Source: Clostridiales bacterium UBA1701
GTDB lineage: Bacteria > Bacillota > Clostridia > Oscillospirales > Oscillospiraceae
Assembly: GCA_002320035.1 (NCBI GenBank)
Contig: DCJL01000017.1
Coordinates: 45,120-109,119, forward strand
DNA: 64,000 bases
Direction of reading: 5' to 3'
In this document: piece after piece, positions 1 through 10,605 of the stretch
Layout of the letters: each line of letters opens with the position of its first letter
Position numbering within the stretch: the first letter of the stretch is position 1
The notes under the pieces: model-generated
The model's input: the letters and a program-made list of their open reading frames with translations, nothing else
Database searches by the model: none
Told to the model about the DNA's origin: nothing
Program-made: the position numbers and the translations under genes

Positions 1-240
1 GACCACGCCAACATTCACATCGGTAAGGCAGGCCGCAAGCGCCATATGGGCGTGCGTCCCACCGTGCGTGGCTCCGTTATGAACCCCTGCGACCACCCCC
101 ACGGCGGCGGCGAAGGCAAGTCTCCTGTGGGCCGTCCCGGCCCTGTTACCCCCTGGGGCAAGCCCGCGCTTGGTTACAAGACCCGCAAGACGAAGAACCG
201 CACCGATAAGTTCATAGTCAAGCGCCGCAACGCAAAGTAA
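1..240 (+). CDS. rplB: 50S ribosomal protein L2, C-terminal part (5' end lies outside the window)
   Basis: The frame is open from base 1. [26 protein letters not shown] is the conserved L2 C-terminus, and rpsS follows as in the S10 operon. Confidence 0.95.
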   Translation, partial: DHANIHIGKAGRKRHMGVRPTVRGSVMNPCDHPHGGGEGKSPVGRPGPVTPWGKPALGYKTRKTKNRTDKFIVKRRNAK

Positions 241-254
241 GGAGGGAATAGTTA

Positions 255-527
255 ATGAGCAGAAGTGTAAAGAAAGGCCCCTTCGCTGCTCCCGAGCTGC
301 TGAAGAGAGTCGATGAAATGAATCAGAAGGGCACCAAGCAGGTTGTCAAGACCTGGTCCCGTTCCTCTACTATTTTCCCGTCCTTCGTCGGACACACCAT
401 TGCTGTCCATGACGGCCGCCGTCATGTGCCTGTGTATGTCACCGAAGATATGGTCGGCCACAAGCTGGGCGAGTTCGCCCCGACCCGTACCTTCCGCGGC
501 CATGCCGGCAGCAAGACCGGTAAGTAA
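255..527 (+). CDS. rpsS: 30S ribosomal protein S19
   Basis: 90 aa with [10 protein letters not shown]...[25 protein letters not shown] upstream and operon position after rplB. Confidence 0.97.
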   Translation: MSRSVKKGPFAAPELLKRVDEMNQKGTKQVVKTWSRSSTIFPSFVGHTIAVHDGRRHVPVYVTEDMVGHKLGEFAPTRTFRGHAGSKTGK

Positions 528-539
528 GGAGGAGAGAAA

Positions 540-887
540 ATGGACGAGAAGAAAATTGCCCGTGCGGAGCACAAATACGCCCGTATTTCTCCCCGCAAGG
601 TTGAAATCATCTGCAATATGATCCGCGGCAAGAAGGCAAACGTGGCCCTGGCTCTTATGGAGAACACGCCCAAGGCCGGCTGCGAGCTGATGATCAAGGT
701 GCTCAAGAGCGCCATGGCCAACGCCGAGAACAATTTTGAAATGGATCCTGAGAAGCTCTTCGTCTGCGAGACTTTCGCAACCGGCGGCCCCATCCTCAAG
801 AGGGGGATGCCCAGAGCCCAGGGCCGTATGTACCGTATCAACAAGCGCACCAGCCACATTATGATTGCCGTGGCTGAGAGAGAATAA
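540..887 (+). CDS. rplV: 50S ribosomal protein L22
   Basis: 115 aa with [18 protein letters not shown], typical of L22. RBS AGGAGG; lies between rpsS and rpsC. Confidence 0.96.
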   Translation: MDEKKIARAEHKYARISPRKVEIICNMIRGKKANVALALMENTPKAGCELMIKVLKSAMANAENNFEMDPEKLFVCETFATGGPILKRGMPRAQGRMYRINKRTSHIMIAVAERE

Positions 888-904
888 GGGAAGGAGGCAG
901 AATT

Positions 905-1789
905 ATGGGACAGAAAGTGAATCCGCATGGCCTGCGCGTCGGCGTTATCAAAGACTGGGACTCCAGATGGTACGCCAGGGAAGACAAGGTCGGCGATCTG
1001 ATCGTTGAAGATTACAAAATACGCGAGTACCTGAAAAAGACCCTCTATTCCGCCGGTGTTCCCACCATTGAGATAGAGCGCGATTCCGCCAAGGTCCGCA
1101 TCTACATCCACTGCTCCAGACCCGGTGTTGTCATCGGCAAGGGCGGCCAGGAGATAGAGCGCCTTCGCAAAGAGGTAGAGAAGCTCATCGGCAAGCCCGT
1201 GGCTCTCTCCATCGTCGAGGTTCGCACCCCCGACACCAACGCCCAGCTGGTTGCCGAGAACATTGCCCAGCAGCTGGAGAAACGTATCGGCTTCCGCCGC
1301 GCCATGAAAAACGCTATGGGCCGTGCCATGAGAATGGGCGCCCGGGGTATCAAGGTCAAGTGCGGCGGACGTCTTGGCGGCGCTGAGATCGCAAGATCCG
1401 AGTGCTACCACGAGGGCACGATCCCCCTGCAGACCATCCGCGCTGACATTGACTACGGCTTTGCCGAGGCGAACACCACCTACGGCCGTATTGGCGTCAA
1501 GGTGTGGATTTACAAGGGCGAGGTCCTCTCTCAGACCCTGCGCACCACCCCCCGCACAATGGATCTCTCCAAGCCCGCCGGTGAACGCCGCCGCAGAGAT
1601 GACCGCCGCCAGGGCGACCGCCGTCAGGGCGACCGCCGTCAGGGCGGCTACAACCGTGACAACCGCGGCCAGAGCGGCTACGGCAGCAGACCCGCAGGCC
1701 AGGGCGGCTATGGCAGCAGACCCGCAGGCCAGGGCTTCAACCGTGGACCCCGTCCCGCCGCTCCCGCAAAGGAAGGAGGCAACAACTAA
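905..1789 (+). CDS. rpsC: 30S ribosomal protein S3 with a roughly 70-aa Arg/Gly-rich repetitive C-terminal tail
   Basis: [13 protein letters not shown]...KH and S3-C domains. The tail [15 protein letters not shown]...[20 protein letters not shown] is encoded by 15-bp x3 and 30-bp x2 tandem repeats. Confidence 0.96.
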   Translation: MGQKVNPHGLRVGVIKDWDSRWYAREDKVGDLIVEDYKIREYLKKTLYSAGVPTIEIERDSAKVRIYIHCSRPGVVIGKGGQEIERLRKEVEKLIGKPVALSIVEVRTPDTNAQLVAENIAQQLEKRIGFRRAMKNAMGRAMRMGARGIKVKCGGRLGGAEIARSECYHEGTIPLQTIRADIDYGFAEANTTYGRIGVKVWIYKGEVLSQTLRTTPRTMDLSKPAGERRRRDDRRQGDRRQGDRRQGGYNRDNRGQSGYGSRPAGQGGYGSRPAGQGFNRGPRPAAPAKEGGNN

Positions 1790-2220
1790 TGTTAATGCCC
1801 AAAAGAGTGAAGTACCGCAGAGTACAGCGCGGCCGCATGAAGGGGAAAGCCACCCGCGGCAACGTTGTGACCTACGGTGAGTTCGGTCTGGCTGCCCAGG
1901 AGCCCGGCTGGATTACCTCCAACCAGATCGAGGCGGCCCGTATCGCCATGACCCGCTACACCAAGCGCGGCGGTCAGGTATGGATAAAGATTTTTCCCGA
2001 CAAGCCCGTTACTACCAAGCCTGCTGAAACCCGTATGGGTTCCGGTAAAGGCTCTCCCGAGTATTGGGTTGCTGTCGTAAAGCCCGGCAGAGTGATGTTT
2101 GAGATCGCCGGCGTTTCTGAGGAAGTCGCCCGCGAGGCTCTCCGCCTTGCCAGCCACAAACTGCCCATCAAGACCAAGATCGTCACGAAGGGCACCGAGT
2201 CTGAGAACGGTGGTGAATAA
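1789..2220 (+). CDS. rplP: 50S ribosomal protein L16
   Basis: [19 protein letters not shown] is the canonical L16 N-terminus. The start overlaps the rpsC stop (TAATG). Confidence 0.97.
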   Translation: MLMPKRVKYRRVQRGRMKGKATRGNVVTYGEFGLAAQEPGWITSNQIEAARIAMTRYTKRGGQVWIKIFPDKPVTTKPAETRMGSGKGSPEYWVAVVKPGRVMFEIAGVSEEVAREALRLASHKLPIKTKIVTKGTESENGGE

Positions 2221-2221
2221 G

Positions 2222-2410
2222 ATGAAGGCAAACGAAATACGCTCCATGTCCGTCGGCGAGCTGGAAGGCAAGCTCGTTGATCTGAAGAAGGATCTGTTCA
2301 TGCTCCGTATGCAGCATGCCACCAATCATCTTGACAACCCCACCAAGATCTCTGCCGTGCGCCGTGACATTGCTCGCGTTAAGACCATACTGCGCGAGAA
2401 GCAGAACTGA
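2222..2410 (+). CDS. rpmC: 50S ribosomal protein L29
   Basis: The ATG at 2222 gives [31 protein letters not shown] (62 aa). It starts 1 nt after the rplP stop. Confidence 0.95.
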   Translation: MKANEIRSMSVGELEGKLVDLKKDLFMLRMQHATNHLDNPTKISAVRRDIARVKTILREKQN

Positions 2411-2424
2411 GGAGGTAAGGAATA

Positions 2425-2688
2425 ATGAACGAAGAAAGAACTACTTCCCGTAAGACCCGCGTAGGCAAGGTCGTTTCCGACAAGATGGACAAGACCGTGG
2501 TCGTCATCGTTGAGGACCGGGTTGCCCACAAGACTTATAAGAAGATCATCGGCAGAACCTATCGTCTCAAGGCCCACGACGAGAACAACGAGTGCGGCGT
2601 CGGCGATATCGTTCGTGTGATGGAGACCCGCCCTCTGTCCAAGGACAAGAGATGGCGCGTGGTCGAAATTGTAGAGAAGGCTAAGTAA
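2425..2688 (+). CDS. rpsQ: 30S ribosomal protein S17
   Basis: 87 aa with [19 protein letters not shown]...[19 protein letters not shown]. Confidence 0.96.
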   Translation: MNEERTTSRKTRVGKVVSDKMDKTVVVIVEDRVAHKTYKKIIGRTYRLKAHDENNECGVGDIVRVMETRPLSKDKRWRVVEIVEKAK

Positions 2689-2700
2689 GGAGGCGCCGTA

Positions 2701-3072
2701 ATGATACAGCAGGAATCTTATCTGAAGGTCGCCGACAATACCGGCGCCAAGGAACTCAAATGCATCCGCGTGCTTGGCGGTTCCAAGCGCAGGTATGCAA
2801 GCATTGGTGACGTAATCGTTTGCTCCGTCCGCAAGGCGGCTCCCGGCGGTTCTGTGAAGAAGGGCGATGTTGTCAAGGCAGTCATCGTCCGTACCGTCAA
2901 GCCTGTCCGCCGTGCCGACGGCACCTACGTCCGTTTCGACGAGAACGCTGCCGTTCTTATCAACACCGGCGATAAGAACCCCCGCGGCACTCGTATCTTT
3001 GGACCCGTCGCCCGTGAGCTGCGTGACAAGGAATATATGAAGATCCTGTCCCTGGCTCCCGAAGTGATTTAA
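2701..3072 (+). CDS. rplN: 50S ribosomal protein L14
   Basis: [18 protein letters not shown]...[10 protein letters not shown], the canonical L14 sequence. Confidence 0.97.
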   Translation: MIQQESYLKVADNTGAKELKCIRVLGGSKRRYASIGDVIVCSVRKAAPGGSVKKGDVVKAVIVRTVKPVRRADGTYVRFDENAAVLINTGDKNPRGTRIFGPVARELRDKEYMKILSLAPEVI

Positions 3073-3087
3073 TGGAGGGCACAGAGA

Positions 3088-3393
3088 ATGAACATTAAGA
3101 AAGACGATAAAGTCGTTGTTCTGTCCGGCAAGGACAAGGGCAAGCAGGGCAAAGTCATGATCGCCGACCCCAAGGCAATGAAGGTTGTTGTCGAGGGCGT
3201 CAACGTTGCCACCAAACACCAGAAGGCCCAGAAGCAGGGGCAGGAGGGCGGCATCATCAAGGTCGAGACGCCCATCTACGCCAGCAAGGTTCAGCTTGTT
3301 TGCCCCAAGTGCGGCAAGGGTACCCGTGTTGCCCACAAGATCACCGACGGCAAAAAGGTCCGCGTCTGCAAAAAATGCGGCGCAGAAATCTGA
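3088..3393 (+). CDS. rplX: 50S ribosomal protein L24 (with a CxxC...CxxC zinc-ribbon tail)
   Basis: A KOW motif (KKDDKVVVLSGKDKGKQGKV) and its operon position. C-terminal CPKC...CKKC. Confidence 0.94.
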   Translation: MNIKKDDKVVVLSGKDKGKQGKVMIADPKAMKVVVEGVNVATKHQKAQKQGQEGGIIKVETPIYASKVQLVCPKCGKGTRVAHKITDGKKVRVCKKCGAEI

Positions 3394-3411
3394 GAAAGGA
3401 GATAACTGACT

Positions 3412-3951
3412 ATGACAAGAATGAAGAAAAAGTATCTTGAGGAAGTTGCTCCTGCTCTGATGGAGAAATTCCAGTACAAATCCACCATGCAGATCCCCAA
3501 GCTCGACAAGATCGTTGTCTCCGTCGGTTGCGGCGACTGCAAGGATAACGCCAAGGCGCTCGACGCCGTCATCAAGGACATTTCCGCCATCACCGGCCAG
3601 CACGCCGTTGCCACCGTGGCCAAGAAGTCCGTTGCCAACTTCAAGCTCCGCGAGGGCATGAAGGTTGGCGTCAAGGTCACGCTCCGCCAGGACCGCATGT
3701 GGGAGTTCCTGGATCGTCTGTTCAACGTGGCTCTGCCCCGTGTCCGCGACTTCCGCGGCATCTCCGCAGATGCCTTTGACGGCCGCGGCAATTACAGCCT
3801 GGGCCTGAAGGAGCAGATCATCTTCCCCGAAATCGAGTACGATAAGATCGAAAAGCTGCGCGGTATGAACATCGCAATCACTACCACCGCTCAGACTGAC
3901 GAAGAGGCCCGGGAGCTGCTGAAGCTCATGGGTGCCCCCTTCGTGGGTTAA
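3412..3951 (+). CDS. rplE: 50S ribosomal protein L5
   Basis: 179 aa with [31 protein letters not shown]. Confidence 0.97.
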   Translation: MTRMKKKYLEEVAPALMEKFQYKSTMQIPKLDKIVVSVGCGDCKDNAKALDAVIKDISAITGQHAVATVAKKSVANFKLREGMKVGVKVTLRQDRMWEFLDRLFNVALPRVRDFRGISADAFDGRGNYSLGLKEQIIFPEIEYDKIEKLRGMNIAITTTAQTDEEARELLKLMGAPFVG

Positions 3952-3965
3952 GGAGGAGTTAAACT

Positions 3966-4151
3966 ATGGCAAAGAAATCCATGATTCTCAAGCAGCAGGC
4001 TCCTGCGAAGTTCTCCACCCGCAAGTATAATCGCTGCAAGATCTGCGGCCGCCCCCACGCCTACCTGCGCAATTACGGCATCTGCCGTATCTGCTTCCGT
4101 GAGCTGGCTTATAAGGGCCAGATCCCCGGCGTCAGGAAAGCCAGCTTCTGA
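3966..4151 (+). CDS. rpsN: 30S ribosomal protein S14, short zinc-binding type
   Basis: 61 aa with [38 protein letters not shown]. Confidence 0.96.
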   Translation: MAKKSMILKQQAPAKFSTRKYNRCKICGRPHAYLRNYGICRICFRELAYKGQIPGVRKASF

Positions 4152-4433
4152 GCAGCAGAATGATCCTGCCAGGCCATGTCGCAGCCTGAACGGCACGGCA
4201 TCGACCGGCAGAGTTGTTCTTCCCTCCGGATTCCAGCCCGTTTTGCCGGGCTGTGAGTTCGCAGGGAGAGTAAAGCGTCAAGCTTTGTAGGCGGGAGCCG
4301 ATCCCTCCCGTCTGCAAATAAAGGCCGAAAGGCCGCATAGGATGGCGAAAGGCCATGGCCAATCATGTATTGGCATGGAACCTCGCCGCCGGAACCGCAA
4401 AAGCGGTAACTCTAAAACAGGAGGATAAAAACT
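4152..4433 (+). other. Unusually long (282 nt) hairpin-rich spacer between rpsN and rpsH; candidate structured RNA or leader
   Basis: Other junctions in this operon are mostly about 10-20 nt (the only other long spacer is 148 nt, rpmJ-rpsM). Six or more hairpins are present: 4234-4253, 4272-4286, 4292-4310, 4323-4334 (GAAA loop), 4342-4356 and 4395-4406. There is no credible ORF. Confidence 0.3.
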
Positions 4434-4832
4434 ATGCAGATCACCGACCCCATTGCAGACATGCTGACCCGTATCCGCAACGCCGGTACCGCCAAGCATG
4501 AGACCGTCGACGTCCCCGCGTCCAAGATGAAGAAGGCCATCGCCGAGATTCTTCTCAACGAGGGCTACATCAAGAACTTCCAGGTTATTGACGACGGCAC
4601 CCAGGGCATCATCCGCATCACCCTCAAGTATCTCCCCGGCAAGGAAAAAGCTATTCAGGGCCTTCGCCGCGTCAGCAAGCCCGGCCTTCGCGTTTATGCC
4701 GGCTCTGACGAACTGCCCCGCGTCCTCAAGGGACTGGGAATAGCCATCATTTCCACATCCAAGGGCGTCATGACCGACAAGCAGGCCCGCAAAGAGCATG
4801 TTGGCGGCGAAGTCCTTGCGTTCGTATGGTAA
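4434..4832 (+). CDS. rpsH: 30S ribosomal protein S8
   Basis: [17 protein letters not shown], the canonical S8 N-terminus. Confidence 0.97.
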   Translation: MQITDPIADMLTRIRNAGTAKHETVDVPASKMKKAIAEILLNEGYIKNFQVIDDGTQGIIRITLKYLPGKEKAIQGLRRVSKPGLRVYAGSDELPRVLKGLGIAIISTSKGVMTDKQARKEHVGGEVLAFVW

Positions 4833-4846
4833 GGAGGCTATAAAGA

Positions 4847-5389
4847 ATGTCTAGAATAGGAAGAGCTCCCATAACTGTCCCCGCCGGCGTTGAAGTCAGC
4901 GTCAACGAGCGTAACCATATCACCGTCAAGGGTCCCAAGGGTACTCTGGAGCGTGACCTGGTGCCTCAGATGAAGGTCAATGTTGAAGCGGGCGTAATCC
5001 ATGTCACCCGTCCCGACGATACCAAGCAGAACCGTTCACTCCACGGCCTGACCAGAACCCTGGTCGACAACATGGTCGTCGGTGTGACGCAGGGCTTTGA
5101 GAAGAAGCTGGAGATCAACGGCGTTGGTTACCGCGCTTCCAAGGAAGGCAAGAACCTCGTTATGAACCTGGGCTTCTCTCATCAGATCATTGTCCCCGAG
5201 ACCGAGGACATCCAGATCGAGGTTACCGATGCCAACCACATTGTGATCAAGGGTATCGACAAGCAGAAGGTCGGCCAGTTTGCGGCTGAAGTTCGTGGTA
5301 AGAGACCTCCCGAGCCTTACAAGGGCAAGGGCATCAAGTATGACTACGAAGTTGTTCGCCGTAAAGAAGGCAAGACCGGCGCTAAGTAA
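4847..5389 (+). CDS. rplF: 50S ribosomal protein L6
   Basis: MSRIGRAPITVPAGVEV...PEPYKGKGIKY. Confidence 0.97.
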   Translation: MSRIGRAPITVPAGVEVSVNERNHITVKGPKGTLERDLVPQMKVNVEAGVIHVTRPDDTKQNRSLHGLTRTLVDNMVVGVTQGFEKKLEINGVGYRASKEGKNLVMNLGFSHQIIVPETEDIQIEVTDANHIVIKGIDKQKVGQFAAEVRGKRPPEPYKGKGIKYDYEVVRRKEGKTGAK

Positions 5390-5405
5390 AGGGAGGTGTG
5401 CCTGA

Positions 5406-5765
5406 ATGATTAAAAGACCTGATACCAGAGGACAGCGCATCAAGCGCCATAGCAGGGTGCGCAGCAAGATCTCCGGCACAGCCGAGAGACCCCGTCTGTC
5501 CGTTTTCCGCAGTGAAAGCAACATCTACGCCCAGATAATCGATGATGCGGCCGGCGTTACGCTCGCTTCCGCCTCCACCGTTGAAAAGGCGTTTGAAGGC
5601 AACGGCAGCAACTGCGAAGCTGCCAAGAAGATCGGTGCCGTCATTGCGGAGCGCGCTCTGCAGAAGGGCATCGAGGAAGTCGTGTTTGACCGTGGCGGAT
5701 ACATCTATCACGGCCGTGTCAAGGCTTTGGCAGAGGGCGCCCGCGAGGGCGGCCTGAAGTTCTAA
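5406..5765 (+). CDS. rplR: 50S ribosomal protein L18
   Basis: [20 protein letters not shown]...[25 protein letters not shown]. Confidence 0.97.
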   Translation: MIKRPDTRGQRIKRHSRVRSKISGTAERPRLSVFRSESNIYAQIIDDAAGVTLASASTVEKAFEGNGSNCEAAKKIGAVIAERALQKGIEEVVFDRGGYIYHGRVKALAEGAREGGLKF

Positions 5766-5782
5766 GGAAGGGGAGAAACGAT

Positions 5783-6307
5783 ATGGCTTATAATAATGAC
5801 CGGAGAGACCGCCGCAGAGACGAGGCGCCCTCCGAATTCATCGAGAAGGTAGTTTCCCTCAACCGCGTCAGCAAGACCGTAAAGGGCGGCCGCGTGGCCA
5901 AGTTTGCGGCGCTCTGCGTAGTGGGCGACGGCAAGGGCCGCGTCGGCTTCGGTATGGGCAAGGCCAACGAAGTCTCCGAGGCGATCCGCAAGGGTCTTGA
6001 AGACGCCAAGAAGAACATCTGCACCGTCACCCTCAGCGGCACCACCATTCCCCACGAGGTGATCGGCGCATTTGGCGCCGGCCGCGTTCTTCTCAAGCCC
6101 GCCCCCGATGGCACCGGCGTGATTGCCGGCGGCGCTGTCCGCGCGGTGGTTGAGGCGGCCGGTATAAAGAACATCCGTACCAAGTGCATGCGCACCAACA
6201 ATCCTGCCAATGTTGTCGCCGCCACCATGGAGGGCCTCAAGTCTCTGCGCGACGCCGCTCAGGTGGCCGCCGTCAGAGGCAAGACTCCTGAAGAAGTTCA
6301 GGGTTAA
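5783..6307 (+). CDS. rpsE: 30S ribosomal protein S5
   Basis: [39 protein letters not shown]. Confidence 0.97.
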   Translation: MAYNNDRRDRRRDEAPSEFIEKVVSLNRVSKTVKGGRVAKFAALCVVGDGKGRVGFGMGKANEVSEAIRKGLEDAKKNICTVTLSGTTIPHEVIGAFGAGRVLLKPAPDGTGVIAGGAVRAVVEAAGIKNIRTKCMRTNNPANVVAATMEGLKSLRDAAQVAAVRGKTPEEVQG

Positions 6308-6319
6308 GGAGGGCGAAAA

Positions 6320-6499
6320 ATGGCAAATCTTAAGATCAAGCTCGTCAAGAGCCTCAACGGCAGACTGGACAATCATGTTGCCACTGCCAAGTCCCTCGGC
6401 CTGCACAAGATCGGCAACGAGACCGTACAGCCCGACAATCCACAGACCCGCGGCAAGATAGCCAAGATCGGCTACCTGCTTAAGGTAACAGAAGAATAA
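6320..6499 (+). CDS. rpmD: 50S ribosomal protein L30 (59 aa, below the ORF-track cutoff)
   Basis: My own translation gives [68 protein letters not shown]; lies between rpsE and rplO. Confidence 0.9.
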   Translation: MANLKIKLVKSLNGRLDNHVATAKSLGLHKIGNETVQPDNPQTRGKIAKIGYLLKVTEE

Positions 6500-6512
6500 G
6501 GAGGGCAAGAGA

Positions 6513-6953
6513 ATGTATATTCACGAACTTTCTCCCGTCGCCGGCTCCACCCATGTTGACAAGCGCAAGGGCAGAGGTCACGCCACCGGTAACGGCAAGA
6601 CCGCAGGCCGCGGCCACAAGGGCCAGAAGGCCCGCAGCGGCGGCGGCACCCGCGTCGGCTTTGAGGGCGGCCAGATGCCTCTGGCCCGCCGTGTACCCAA
6701 GAGAGGCTTCAACAATATCTTTGCCAAGCCTCTGGAGGCGGTCAACGTCACTGTTCTCAACAAGTTCGAGGACGGCGCCGTTGTGGACGCCCAGGCTCTT
6801 CTGGACGCAGGCATCCTCTCCAAGTGCAGGTATGGCGTAAAGTTCCTTGGCAACGGCGAAGTTTCCAGGAAGCTTACTGTTAAAGCTGCTGCTTTCTCCG
6901 AAACCGCGAAAGAGAAAATCGAGGCGGCCGGCGGAAAGGCAGAGGTGGTCTAA
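6513..6953 (+). CDS. rplO: 50S ribosomal protein L15
   Basis: [25 protein letters not shown]...FEGGQMPL. Confidence 0.96.
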   Translation: MYIHELSPVAGSTHVDKRKGRGHATGNGKTAGRGHKGQKARSGGGTRVGFEGGQMPLARRVPKRGFNNIFAKPLEAVNVTVLNKFEDGAVVDAQALLDAGILSKCRYGVKFLGNGEVSRKLTVKAAAFSETAKEKIEAAGGKAEVV

Positions 6954-8243
6954 GTGCTTCAAACTCTGCGTAACGCGTGGAGAATTGAGGAGATCCGCAG
7001 GAAGATACTCTTCACTCTGCTCATAGTCCTGCTTTACCGTCTCGGCAACGCCATCCCCGTCCCTTATGTGAATGTGGCTGCCCTGCAGTACTACTTCACG
7101 CAGCTGGAGAACACCGTTCTCGGCCTTTACAACGTAATGTCCGGCGGCGCCTTCTCCACGGCGACGATTTTCGCCCTGTCCATCCAGCCCTACATTAATG
7201 CTTCCATTATCATCCAGCTCCTTTGCATCGCGATCCCCGCTTTGGAGCGGCTGCAGAAGGAAGAGGGCGAGGAGGGCAAGAAGAAGCTCACCGCCATCAC
7301 CCGCTACGCCACTGTAGGCATCGGTCTTCTCATGGGCTTTGCTTACTACATGCTCATGAAGAACAACGGCCTGCTGGACGCCGACGCGCAGAACAGCGTC
7401 TGGGCTGCAATTGTCATCATTCTGACCTTTACCTCCGGCTCCGCGCTTATTATGTGGCTTGGCGAGCAGATCACCGAATTCGGCATCGGCAACGGTATTT
7501 CCATCATCCTCTTTGCCAGCATCGTGTCCCGTCTGCCGACTACCGTTATCACCAGTATCAGCAATATCATCTCCGGCAAGCTCCAGTGGTGGGTCGCTGT
7601 GCTGATGTTCCTGGGCGCCCTGGCGATCATCGTCCTGATCGTTTTTGTCAGCGACGCCGAGCGCAGAATCCCGGTCCAGTACGCTAAGCGCGTGGTGGGC
7701 CGCAAGATGTACGGCGGCCAGAGCACGCATCTGCCCATGAAGGTGAACATGTCCGGCGTCATGCCCATAATCTTTGCCCAGTCCATTGCATCCCTGCCTG
7801 CCACCATTGCGGCGTTCACCGGAAGCAATCCGGACAGCTGGTTTATGAAGGCCTTTGACACCACATCCATCACCTACGCTGTGATCTACTTCCTGCTGAT
7901 ACTCTTCTTTGCCTATTTCTACTCTACCATCCAGTTCAACCCTGTTGAAGTGGCCAATAATCTGAAGAAGAACGGCGGCTACATCCCGGGCTTCCGTCCC
8001 GGCAAGCCCACCAGCGAGTTCATCCAGAAGGTGCTTAACAAGATCACCCTCTTCGGCGCCATCTACCTTGGCATCATCGCTGTTGTGCCGATTCTCGTCG
8101 CTCACTTCAGCAAGGCGTCCGCCCTCACCGGCGTGTCCCTTGGCGGCACCTCCATCATAATCGTTGTCGGCGTTGCACTTGAGACAGTCCGCGCCCTGGA
8201 GGCTCAGATGCTCATGCGCAACTACAAAGGTTTCCTTAATTAA
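6954..8243 (+). CDS. secY: Preprotein translocase subunit SecY
   Basis: 429 aa, multi-TM. GIQPYINASIIIQLL and GGYIPGFRPGKPT motifs; GTG start abuts the rplO stop. Confidence 0.96.
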   Translation: MLQTLRNAWRIEEIRRKILFTLLIVLLYRLGNAIPVPYVNVAALQYYFTQLENTVLGLYNVMSGGAFSTATIFALSIQPYINASIIIQLLCIAIPALERLQKEEGEEGKKKLTAITRYATVGIGLLMGFAYYMLMKNNGLLDADAQNSVWAAIVIILTFTSGSALIMWLGEQITEFGIGNGISIILFASIVSRLPTTVITSISNIISGKLQWWVAVLMFLGALAIIVLIVFVSDAERRIPVQYAKRVVGRKMYGGQSTHLPMKVNMSGVMPIIFAQSIASLPATIAAFTGSNPDSWFMKAFDTTSITYAVIYFLLILFFAYFYSTIQFNPVEVANNLKKNGGYIPGFRPGKPTSEFIQKVLNKITLFGAIYLGIIAVVPILVAHFSKASALTGVSLGGTSIIIVVGVALETVRALEAQMLMRNYKGFLN

Positions 8244-8258
8244 AAAAAGGAGTTGCAT

Positions 8259-8891
8259 ATGAGGTTAATACTTTTGGGCGCCCCCGGCGCAGGCAAAGGT
8301 ACTCAGGCAGAAATTTTGAGCAGACTGCTCAATGTTCCGACAATTTCCACTGGCAATATCCTGCGGGCGGCTATGAAAAATGGCACGCCCGTGGGACTTA
8401 AGGCCAAAGCCTATGTAGATTCCGGCAGGCTGGTTCCCGATGAGGTCATAATCGGCATCATCCAGGAACGCCTTGCCCAGCCGGACTGCGAAAACGGTTA
8501 TATCCTCGACGGCGTTCCCCGGACCATCCCCCAAGCCGAAGCGATGGAGGAGATGGGGGTCGGTGTTGACTGGGCCCTGTCCATTGAGATAGAGGATTAT
8601 GTCATAGTGGAGCGTATGGCCGGCCGCAGAACCTGTCACGATTGCGGCCAGAGCTTCCATGTCGTCTCCAATCCGCCGAAAAAGGAAGGTGTGTGCGATT
8701 ACTGCGGTGGCGAACTGAGCATCCGCAGGGACGACGCGCCGGAGACCGTTATGGCCCGCCTGGAAACTTTCCATAAGGATACCGAGCCCCTCAAGCATTT
8801 TTACGAGGCAAGAGGGAAGCTCAAATCTGTGGAAAATCAGCCCAGCATAGAGGCCACTACCGCCGTTATCAGAGAAGCGCTGGGAATTTAA
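8259..8891 (+). CDS. adk: Adenylate kinase (zinc-lid type)
   Basis: MRLILLGAPGAGKGTQA P-loop and a CHDCG...CDYCGG lid. The ATG at 8259 has a better RBS spacing than the TTG at 8253. Confidence 0.95.
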   Translation: MRLILLGAPGAGKGTQAEILSRLLNVPTISTGNILRAAMKNGTPVGLKAKAYVDSGRLVPDEVIIGIIQERLAQPDCENGYILDGVPRTIPQAEAMEEMGVGVDWALSIEIEDYVIVERMAGRRTCHDCGQSFHVVSNPPKKEGVCDYCGGELSIRRDDAPETVMARLETFHKDTEPLKHFYEARGKLKSVENQPSIEATTAVIREALGI

Positions 8892-8892
8892 A

Positions 8893-9681
8893 ATGTCAGA
8901 AACGGTATATATAAAATCTCAGAGCGATATTGAGCTGATGCGTCAGGCCGGCAGGCTTGCCGCGGGAGCAAGGACGGTGGCCCGGCAGGCTGTGGCCGCC
9001 GGCGTCACTACCAGAGAGATCGACAGGCATGTGCATGATTTTATTATAAAGTCCCATGCCTATCCGACTTTCCTGAATTACTGCGGCTTCCCGGCCAGCG
9101 CCTGTATATCCGTCAATGACGAGATAATACATGGAATCCCCGGCAAAAAGGTCGTCCGGGACGGCGATATTGTATCGCTGGACGTAGGAGCCACTTTTAA
9201 GGGCTTCGTAGGCGACTGCGCGGGCACCTTCCCCTGCGGGGAGGTAAACGCCGAGGCAAAGCGGCTCATAGAGGTAACAAGGCAGAGCTTCTTCGAGGGC
9301 ATCAGGTTCGCCCGGGAGGGATACAGGGTATCCGATATAGGCGCGGCGATACAGGAATATGTGGAGAGCCACGGCTATTCCGTCGTACGCGACTATGTGG
9401 GTCACGGTGTGGGGCGGCAGCTCCATGAAGCGCCGGAAGTTCCCAACTACAAGGTGGACCGGCATCAGAAAGGCATGGGGCGGAGGACCGATCCCAGACT
9501 GGTGCGGGGCATGACCATAGCGGTGGAACCCATGGTGAACGCCGGCGGTTACGAGATAAGGCAGCTGGATAACGGCTGGACTGTTGTGACTGCGGACGGT
9601 TCCCTTTCCGCCCACTATGAAAACACCATCCTTATCACCGACGGTGAGCCGGAGATACTCACAATGGCAGAGGATATTTGA
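8893..9681 (+). CDS. map: Type I methionine aminopeptidase
   Basis: 262 aa with [17 protein letters not shown] and FTIEP-like TIAVEPMVN motifs. Lies after adk as in the spc operon. Confidence 0.94.
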   Translation: MSETVYIKSQSDIELMRQAGRLAAGARTVARQAVAAGVTTREIDRHVHDFIIKSHAYPTFLNYCGFPASACISVNDEIIHGIPGKKVVRDGDIVSLDVGATFKGFVGDCAGTFPCGEVNAEAKRLIEVTRQSFFEGIRFAREGYRVSDIGAAIQEYVESHGYSVVRDYVGHGVGRQLHEAPEVPNYKVDRHQKGMGRRTDPRLVRGMTIAVEPMVNAGGYEIRQLDNGWTVVTADGSLSAHYENTILITDGEPEILTMAEDI

Positions 9682-9727
9682 CTTTGACAAAGAAATTTGT
9701 CACAACCGACTTTGGAGGAAATTTACT

Positions 9728-9946
9728 TTGGCAAAAGACGATGTAATCGAACTCGAGGGCACGGTGGTTGAATCCCTGCCCAACACCATGTTCCAGGTGG
9801 ATATCGGCAATGGCCACATCATTCTGGCGCATATTTCCGGAAAGCTCCGGATGAACTTTATCAGGATACTTCCCGGCGACAAGGTCACGGTTCAGATGTC
9901 TCCCTATGATGTCACCCGCGGCAGAATAACCTGGAGAAGCAAGTAG
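9728..9946 (+). CDS. infA: Translation initiation factor IF-1
   Basis: A TTG start after a GGAGG RBS gives [52 protein letters not shown]. Confidence 0.93.
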   Translation: MAKDDVIELEGTVVESLPNTMFQVDIGNGHIILAHISGKLRMNFIRILPGDKVTVQMSPYDVTRGRITWRSK

Positions 9947-9958
9947 GAGGTAAAACAA

Positions 9959-10072
9959 ATGAAAGTAAGACCTTCCGTGAAGCCCATGTGCGAAAAGTGC
10001 AAGATAATCAAGCGCAAGGGTAAAGTCATGGTCATCTGCGAGAACCCCAAGCACAAGCAGCGCCAGGGTTAA
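9959..10072 (+). CDS. rpmJ: 50S ribosomal protein L36 (37 aa, below the ORF-track cutoff)
   Basis: My own translation gives [45 protein letters not shown]. Confidence 0.93.
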   Translation: MKVRPSVKPMCEKCKIIKRKGKVMVICENPKHKQRQG

Positions 10073-10220
10073 GCAGAAGAAATCATTTTGGAGACAAGGT
10101 TTAAAAAGCCTGTCCTTTATAAACCCAGAAGCATCCCGCATGGAACAGGGACTCCCTCCGGCGGGAACAAGCCCCTGTGCCGCAAAGTGCGGAAAATTAT
10201 CGAAAGGATGATCGTATAAT

Positions 10221-10589
10221 ATGGCACGTATAGCCGGCGTTGACCTGCCCAAGGACAAGAGAATTGAGATTGGTCTCACCTATGTCTATGGTATCGGCAG
10301 AACCAGCGCAACAAAGATCCTGGCCATGACCGGGATCAACCCCGACACCAGAGTGAAAGACCTCACCGATGAGGAAGAGGCAAAGCTGCGCGAGTGCATC
10401 GACCACAACTTTATTGTTGAGGGCGACCTGCGCCGTCAGACCGCACTTGACATCAAGCGTCTGACCGAGATTGGCTGCTACCGCGGTCTGCGTCACCGCC
10501 GCGGCCTGCCCGTGCGCGGCCAGAGAAGCAAGACCAACGCCCGCACCCGCAAGGGTCCGAAGCGCACCATCGCGAACAAGAAGAAGTAA
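10221..10589 (+). CDS. rpsM: 30S ribosomal protein S13
   Basis: [26 protein letters not shown]. Confidence 0.97.
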   Translation: MARIAGVDLPKDKRIEIGLTYVYGIGRTSATKILAMTGINPDTRVKDLTDEEEAKLRECIDHNFIVEGDLRRQTALDIKRLTEIGCYRGLRHRRGLPVRGQRSKTNARTRKGPKRTIANKKK

Positions 10590-10605
10590 GGGAGGGATAT
10601 GAATA

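Noticed and set aside
1601-1735. Short tandem DNA repeats that could be mistaken for a CRISPR-like or VNTR locus.
   Set aside because: They are in frame inside rpsC, have no spacers and encode the RGG/GYG tail. I saw no CRISPR array anywhere in the window.
422-8258. Very long antisense ORFs opposite the ribosomal-protein and secY genes (for example 422-1411, 2326-3603 and 6480-8258 on the - strand).
   Set aside because: They have no RBS or recognisable motifs and a low-complexity G/A/L/D-rich composition. They exactly shadow well-supported + strand genes, as is typical of stop-poor antisense frames in GC-rich coding DNA.
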